DNA of 64,000 bases from Rhodospirillales bacterium. Its GTDB lineage: Bacteria; Pseudomonadota; Alphaproteobacteria; Rhodospirillales; UBA2165. Position 1 is the stretch's first letter. Every line of letters begins with the position of its first letter. Location: contig JAJECC010000038.1 in NCBI GenBank assembly GCA_022822205.1, positions 68,529 to 132,528 on the forward strand. The letters are read 5' to 3'. Below the pieces are notes generated by a model. It was not told the DNA's origin and did not search any database. It saw nothing but the letters and a program-made list of their open reading frames with translations. Position numbers and translations under genes: made by a program. Positions 58,952-64,000 of the stretch are shown piece by piece.

Positions 58952-59761
58952 TCACCTGGTTGCGTTCAATGCGAATTCCTTGATTTGAGCGTTGAAGTGC
59001 CGGGGAAACTCGGCATACGCGGCATGTCCCGCATCCGGGAACACAACCTGCTGTGCCGTCGGAAATGCTGCGACCAAGGCATCGTGCATGTCGGGTGAGA
59101 TGATCCTGTCTTTGCCGCCGGAAAGAATAAGCACCGGAAGGGAAACGAGCTGCCCCACGTGAGTGTTGTCCGCTTCCTGGCTCATGCGCCCGCCGTCGCG
59201 AATGCCTTCCACGCGGGCACCTTGTGCGATATCCGCAAGAAACCGGACGACCTCATGTGGCGTGCCTTCAGGGGTGCTGCGCTTTGCGCGCTCCAGCCCG
59301 TATTCGGCGTTGACGCCCTTGATTTCCATGCGATCAATTCGCGTTGCGTAACGCGGCAGAAGGGGCTCGCCCCTTGGGCGCCCAAAGCCGAGGTGCGCGG
59401 ATGACAGAACGAGTCCGGCGACTTCGGCCTCGGCGTCCGCGGCCAAAGCCGCGGCGACGACACCCCCCATCGAATGACCGACGGCCACCACATTCGGCAG
59501 CTTTAGAAACGCCATCAAGGACTTAGCGGCTAGGACATAGTCCTGCGGGCGATCTCCAAAGGAATCGGACTCACCGAAACTCGGCGCATCCCAGGCGACG
59601 ACACGGAAGGATGGGGCCAGCTCATGAAAGGCATATGACCAGCTCAGACTGCTGCCATTCATGCCGTGCAAAAAAAGAAGGGCTGGACCAGAACCCGCTT
59701 CCCGATAGGCTAGTCGTCCACCCTTGTGGGGCACAAACCGTACGTTCGGCGCTTCTATCAT
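58952..59761 (-). CDS. alpha/beta fold hydrolase
   Basis: LHGMNG, WDAPSFG, GHSMGG, GGKD, AGH catalytic triad. Confidence 0.88.
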   Translation of the reverse strand: MIEAPNVRFVPHKGGRLAYREAGSGPALLFLHGMNGSSLSWSYAFHELAPSFRVVAWDAPSFGESDSFGDRPQDYVLAAKSLMAFLKLPNVVAVGHSMGGVVAAALAADAEAEVAGLVLSSAHLGFGRPRGEPLLPRYATRIDRMEIKGVNAEYGLERAKRSTPEGTPHEVVRFLADIAQGARVEGIRDGGRMSQEADNTHVGQLVSLPVLILSGGKDRIISPDMHDALVAAFPTAQQVVFPDAGHAAYAEFPRHFNAQIKEFALNATR

Positions 59762-59874
59762 TCGCGTAAGCCCCCTCCGGAGCTATCGGCTCTTCAAAGG
59801 GGCGCTTTCCTGAAGATGGCCCCCTGCTACTTAATCGCAACACAGAGGGTCATTTCAAAAAAGAGTAAAAAAAT

Positions 59875-60345
59875 TTACATATCTTGGCCGGTTGGGAGCT
59901 CTTCCAGCTCACGCATCGAAATCAGGGTTTGCGCAAGCTTCAAAGACTGTATGAACTTCTCGTTGACCAGAAGCGCATTGCAGTAGTTGCGCCAGGCGTC
60001 CAGCATCGGTTTGGTCGGCCGAAAGTCGCGACGGCGACGATCCCTCTCCTCCGGCATTTCCTCCAGGTAACCGAACTCCAGCGCCTCATGTACGGTGGAT
60101 GTTACGGTTGGCCGGCTAAATTCAGATACTTGTACAAGATCCGTTATCGTGAACGAGCCTTTGGAGAAGTAAAAGTTCATCATGTACCGGCGTAGCTCGA
60201 ATGCCGTGAAGCTCGTGTTGAAAAACCGGCGCACCTGGCCGGGACCGTGCTCTCGTCGATAGATGTGGCGCGAGCTTTCGAACGAAGCCTGCGCGAAGCA
60301 AAAGTGGTCGAAGAGTGTTTCCTCGTTCAGCAAGAGCGCCCCCAT
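59875..60345 (-). CDS. hypothetical winged-helix (MarR-like) protein
   Basis: TITDLVQVSEFSRPTVTSTV helix-turn-helix, GYL, DRRRR wing. Confidence 0.55.
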   Translation of the reverse strand: MGALLLNEETLFDHFCFAQASFESSRHIYRREHGPGQVRRFFNTSFTAFELRRYMMNFYFSKGSFTITDLVQVSEFSRPTVTSTVHEALEFGYLEEMPEERDRRRRDFRPTKPMLDAWRNYCNALLVNEKFIQSLKLAQTLISMRELEELPTGQDM

Positions 60346-60556
60346 TTGTGCACATATTTTTACCTAAATACTGCCATAAGCGAGCAAACCTGCAACCAGA
60401 TTCTCACTCGTGCTCGGTCGTTTTGGAGCCCATAGATGCGGCACAAATTCTCAAGATCGGCTTCGACTACTATATGGCGCTAAGGCCACCGAAATGCCGG
60501 GACAAATGAGGCCCTCTGAAAACCTAATTAATGTAGTTATATCAGTGAGTTAATAG

Positions 60557-60649
60557 TGGCGGTGGAGGAGGGATTCGAACCCTCGATAGAGCTATAAACC
60601 CTATACTGGTTTAGCAAACCAGCGCCTTCAGCCGCTCGGCCACTCCACC
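60557..60649 (-). tRNA. tRNA-Ser(GCT)
   Basis: GGTGGAG acceptor stem pairing with CTCCACC-G-CCA; anticodon arm CTGGT-TTGCTAA-ACCAG; long variable arm; GGTTCGAATCC. Confidence 0.96.
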
Positions 60650-60691
60650 CATGCCGGGAACGCGCCGCCAATGGGGCCGCCCGGAGGCAAT

Positions 60692-60721
60692 GTTCTAAGG
60701 CGCGGAGTTATTGCTCGTCAA
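60692..60721 (-). promoter_or_regulatory. candidate sigma70 promoter for tRNA-Ser
   Basis: TTGACG-18 bp-TAGAAC on the minus strand, overlapping the ureG stop. Confidence 0.4.
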
Positions 60722-61359
60722 TCACCAATAGGGACGGCCTCCCGCACCTCCAAACCACCCTTGTCGATTATAAAGCCGGCGACCCCGGCGAGCCCGTCAT
60801 TGGCTTTGAGATTGGTGAAGATAAACGGCCGTTCGCCCCGCATTTTCCGGGCATCCCGGTCCATCACCCCGAGATCGGCGCCCACCAGCGGCGCAAGGTC
60901 GGTCTTGTTGATCACCAGCAGGTCCGACCGGATAATGCCGGGGCCGCCCTTGCGGGGAATCTTGTCGCCGGCCGAGACATCGATCACGTAGATGGTGATG
61001 TCGGCGAGTTCCGGCGAGAAGGTCGCCGCCAAATTGTCGCCACCGGATTCGATAAACACGATCTCCAGCCCCTCGAACCTCCTGGAGATGTCGGCCACCG
61101 CCGCGAGGTTCATGGACGCGTCCTCCCGGATGGCCGTATGCGGACAGCCGCCGGTCTCGACGCCGACGATGCGGTCCGGGGCCAGCGCGCCGGACCGGGT
61201 GAGGAACTCCGCATCCTCCCGGGTGTAGATGTCGTTGGTGATCGCAGCGATGTCGTAGGAGTCGCGAAGATGCTTGCAGAGCCGGTCGAGAAGCGCGGTC
61301 TTGCCGGTTCCGACCGGCCCGCCGATGCCGACGCGCAATGGGGTCCGGGTTGAACTCAT
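60718..61359 (-). CDS. ureG: urease accessory GTPase
   Basis: [33 protein letters not shown]. Confidence 0.97.
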   Translation of the reverse strand: MSSTRTPLRVGIGGPVGTGKTALLDRLCKHLRDSYDIAAITNDIYTREDAEFLTRSGALAPDRIVGVETGGCPHTAIREDASMNLAAVADISRRFEGLEIVFIESGGDNLAATFSPELADITIYVIDVSAGDKIPRKGGPGIIRSDLLVINKTDLAPLVGADLGVMDRDARKMRGERPFIFTNLKANDGLAGVAGFIIDKGGLEVREAVPIGD

Positions 61360-62057
61360 GATCTGAACAGCCTCGTGTACTGGGTTTCGTGTTGCATGGA
61401 GAAGAGGTCCAACAGCGGCGCCGCCGTCCCCCAGGGCGCATCGCCCTGGGCGGTCGCCCGGTCCGCTGCCGCCTCGATGGTTTCGAACAAACCCGCCAAC
61501 GTCCGCTGGCCGTCGGTCTGGCCCAGGGGAATCAGCCGGACGCCGGCGCTGATGTAGTTGGCGGCAAGCGCGTGCAGATAGGATGTGAGGCCTTCGCGCA
61601 GGGGTATGCCGGCAGCCGCGCAGACGGCGGCGACGGCGGCGACGTAGGGGATTTCGGTTCCGCGCTCCGAAAGGATCGCCGACCAGGGTTCAAGCCCCGG
61701 GATGTCCCAGGCACCGGTGACGGCGCTCAGGAACGCTGCGCCCTGGGCCGCGCTTTCCAGTTTCGCCTCGCGGCTTGCCCGCTGGGCGGCCGCTTGTACC
61801 AGCACCTCGCGCAGCCCGTCCGCGTCGTCTTCGTCGACGGCCCGCCAGGCCCCGGTGAAGAAATTGGCGTCCGCCCGGCCGGCGCCGTGCGTGACGACCG
61901 CCCGGCACCACGCAGCGAGGCCGCCGGCGTCCGGCACCCGGCCCTCCTCCACCGCCCATTCGAGGCCGCCCGAATAGGCGTAGGCGCCGACGGGAAACCC
62001 CGGCGACATCCAGGCCATCAACCGGTAGAGCCCGGCGCTGTCGAGGGAACCGGTCAT
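61356..62057 (-). CDS. ureF: urease accessory protein
   Basis: [38 protein letters not shown]. Confidence 0.96.
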   Translation of the reverse strand: MTGSLDSAGLYRLMAWMSPGFPVGAYAYSGGLEWAVEEGRVPDAGGLAAWCRAVVTHGAGRADANFFTGAWRAVDEDDADGLREVLVQAAAQRASREAKLESAAQGAAFLSAVTGAWDIPGLEPWSAILSERGTEIPYVAAVAAVCAAAGIPLREGLTSYLHALAANYISAGVRLIPLGQTDGQRTLAGLFETIEAAADRATAQGDAPWGTAAPLLDLFSMQHETQYTRLFRS

Positions 62058-62554
62058 GCGCCGCGCCCGCCGTGATCGTGGTGATGATGGTGATGGTGGT
62101 GGTGATCGTTCCTGGCGCCGCCGTCGTCATAGGCGCTCCGCTCCGGCGAAAACGGCGCCGAGCGTTCGACCGCGACGGCCCCCAGCTTGCGGGCCATCTC
62201 TTTCAGCACATGGTCCCGGCGGATGCGCATCGCGCCGTTTTCGAGGACCTGCACGGGCGTATGCCGGTTGCCGAGATGCCAGGCGATCCGCGCCGCGTGG
62301 GACGGCGACGCGCATTGAATGTCGATCACCGGCTCCGGGGCGGCGATCACCGTGATCCCGCCGCCGCCCTCGAGCGCCAGAAAATCTCCGTCGTCGAGGC
62401 GGCGTGCGTCCGCCAGATCGAGCAGGAAGTCCTCCCCTTGATCGTCGGTGAGCTTGACGCGGCGGCGAAACCGGTCATCGAAAGTCAGCGTCACCGTCGC
62501 CGTCGGGGGGTCGCCGGCGGTGCGATGATGCCTGATGTCGATTGCGCGGCGCAT
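62054..62554 (-). CDS. ureE: urease nickel chaperone
   Basis: DDRFRRR, AWHLGNRH, FSPE, poly-His tail. Confidence 0.95.
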   Translation of the reverse strand: MRRAIDIRHHRTAGDPPTATVTLTFDDRFRRRVKLTDDQGEDFLLDLADARRLDDGDFLALEGGGGITVIAAPEPVIDIQCASPSHAARIAWHLGNRHTPVQVLENGAMRIRRDHVLKEMARKLGAVAVERSAPFSPERSAYDDGGARNDHHHHHHHHHDHGGRGA

Positions 62555-62557
62555 GAC

Positions 62558-64000
62558 TCAGAACAGGAAGTAACGCTGGGCCATGGCCAGCTCGGCCGCC
62601 GGCTCGCAGGCAATCAGGTCGCCGTCGGCCAGCACCTCGTAGGTCTCGGGGTCGACCCCAATCTCCGGCATCGCGTCATTCAGGACCATGTCGGTCTTCC
62701 TCACCGACCGGCAGCCGGAAACCGGCAGCGGCGTCTTGGCGAGCCCGAACTTGTCGGCGGCGCCCGCGTCGAACGCCGGCTTGGAGACGAAGGTGACCGA
62801 ACTCGCCGCCAGCGCGCCGCCGAACCCGCCGAACATGGGCCGGTAGTGAACCGGCTGCGGCGTCGGGATGGAGGCGTTGGGATCGCCCATGGCGGCGCCG
62901 GCGAGGGTGCCGCACTTCAGGATCAAATCGGGCTTCACGCCGAAGAACATGGGCTTCCACAGGACCAGGTCGGCGAGCTTGCCGGCCGCCACCGAACCCA
63001 CGTGGTCGGCGATGCCGTGGGTCAGCGCCGGGTTGATGGTGTACTTGGCGATGTAGCGTTTGACCCGGAGGTTGTCGTTGCCGCCGGTCTCGCCCTCGAG
63101 CGCGCCCCGCTGACGTTTCATTTTGTCCGCCGTCTGCCAGGTCCGGACGATCACCTCGCCCACCCGGCCCATGGCCTGACTGTCCGACGCGATCATGGAG
63201 AACGCCCCCAGGTCATGAAGAATGTCTTCCGCCGCGATGGTTTCCCGCCGGATGCGGCTTTCGGCGAAGGCCACGTCTTCGGGGATCCGGCTGTCCAGAT
63301 GGTGGCACACCATCAGCATGTCGAGATGTTCGTCGATGGTGTTGACCGTGAACGGCCGGGTCGGATTTGTGGACGACGGCAGCACGTTAACCTCGCCGCA
63401 GACCTTGATGATATCCGGCGAGTGGCCGCCGCCGGCGCCTTCCGTATGAAAGGCATGGATGGTCCGGTCCTTGAACGCCGCCACCGTGTTCTCGACGAAA
63501 CCGCTCTCGTTCAGGGTATCGGTGTGGATCGCCACCTGAACGTCGGTCTCTTCCGCCACGCCGAGGCAGGCGTCGATGGCGGACGGCGTGGTGCCCCAAT
63601 CCTCGTGAAGCTTGAGCCCGCAAGCGCCGGCCTCCACCTGCTCCATGAGCGCCGCCGGCCGGGAGGCGTTGCCCTTGCCGAAGAAACCCAGATTCATGTT
63701 GAAGCCCTCGGCGGCCTGCAGCATCCGCTCCATGTGCCAGGGTCCCGGCGTGCACGTCGTCGCGTTGGTGCCATCCGCGGGGCCGGTGCCGCCGCCCAGC
63801 ATGGTGGTGACGCCGGAGTAAAGGGCGTCATCGATCTGCTGGGGACAGATCCAGTGAACGTGGGCGTCGATGCCGCCGGCGGTGAGGATGCGCCCCTCGC
63901 CGGCAATCGCCTCCGTGCCGGGACCGACGACGATGTCGATGCCGGGCTGGACGTCCGGGTTGCCCGCCTTGCCGATGGCGGCGATGCGCCCGTCCCTGAT
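62558..64000 (-). CDS. ureC: urease subunit alpha (5' part beyond window end)
   Basis: [54 protein letters not shown]. Confidence 0.97.
   Translation of the reverse strand: MRDGRIAAIGKAGNPDVQPGIDIVVGPGTEAIAGEGRILTAGGIDAHVHWICPQQIDDALYSGVTTMLGGGTGPADGTNATTCTPGPWHMERMLQAAEGFNMNLGFFGKGNASRPAALMEQVEAGACGLKLHEDWGTTPSAIDACLGVAEETDVQVAIHTDTLNESGFVENTVAAFKDRTIHAFHTEGAGGGHSPDIIKVCGEVNVLPSSTNPTRPFTVNTIDEHLDMLMVCHHLDSRIPEDVAFAESRIRRETIAAEDILHDLGAFSMIASDSQAMGRVGEVIVRTWQTADKMKRQRGALEGETGGNDNLRVKRYIAKYTINPALTHGIADHVGSVAAGKLADLVLWKPMFFGVKPDLILKCGTLAGAAMGDPNASIPTPQPVHYRPMFGGFGGALAASSVTFVSKPAFDAGAADKFGLAKTPLPVSGCRSVRKTDMVLNDAMPEIGVDPETYEVLADGDLIACEPAAELAMAQRYFLF

Larger units (their letters stand above)
53320..60556. 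mobile_element. lower-GC accessory block abutting the tRNA-Ser 3' end (island remnant)
   Basis: More A/T-ending codons than the flanks; begins at the tRNA CCA end; no integrase or att duplicate seen. Confidence 0.5.

Noticed and set aside
1-64000. CRISPR array, rRNA, integrase, transposase or canonical attC sites
   Set aside because: None recognised by eye; the junction palindromes lack regular spacing and the RYYYAAC/GTTRRRY ends.

Overview
High-GC alphaproteobacterial chromosome segment (Rhodospirillales-like gene order). 1-37 kb is mostly core: cysE-iscR-two cysteine desulfurases, anmK, tyrS, YhdP-like gene, glnE, prfB with its programmed +1 frameshift, PBP1A, amidase, rne, M48 protease, DsbA-family gene, wecB/wecC. 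It is interrupted by an AT-richer two-gene nuclease plus DNA methyltransferase insert (13.4-15.85 kb). 37.7-60.5 kb is an accessory patchwork: a Zur-box divergon (COG0523 and WD40 versus a MolBC-like ABC importer with an embedded methyltransferase), EamA, FAD monooxygenase, VOC, GST, TRAP, aminotransferase, dioxygenase-like gene, and a lower-GC peptide ABC block next to the 3' end of tRNA-Ser(GCT). The window ends in ureC(partial)-ureE-ureF-ureG. The most unusual signal is a family of co-oriented, degenerate ~24-bp palindromic sites (GtCCgcT-N10/11-GCRGMC) seen at gene-block junctions of the accessory region, suggesting cassette boundaries. Other non-ORF signals: tandem IscR boxes, a near-perfect parS, an HpaR-like operator and a gmd remnant. 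No CRISPR array, rRNA, integrase or transposase was seen. All calls come from reading motifs by eye, without database searches.
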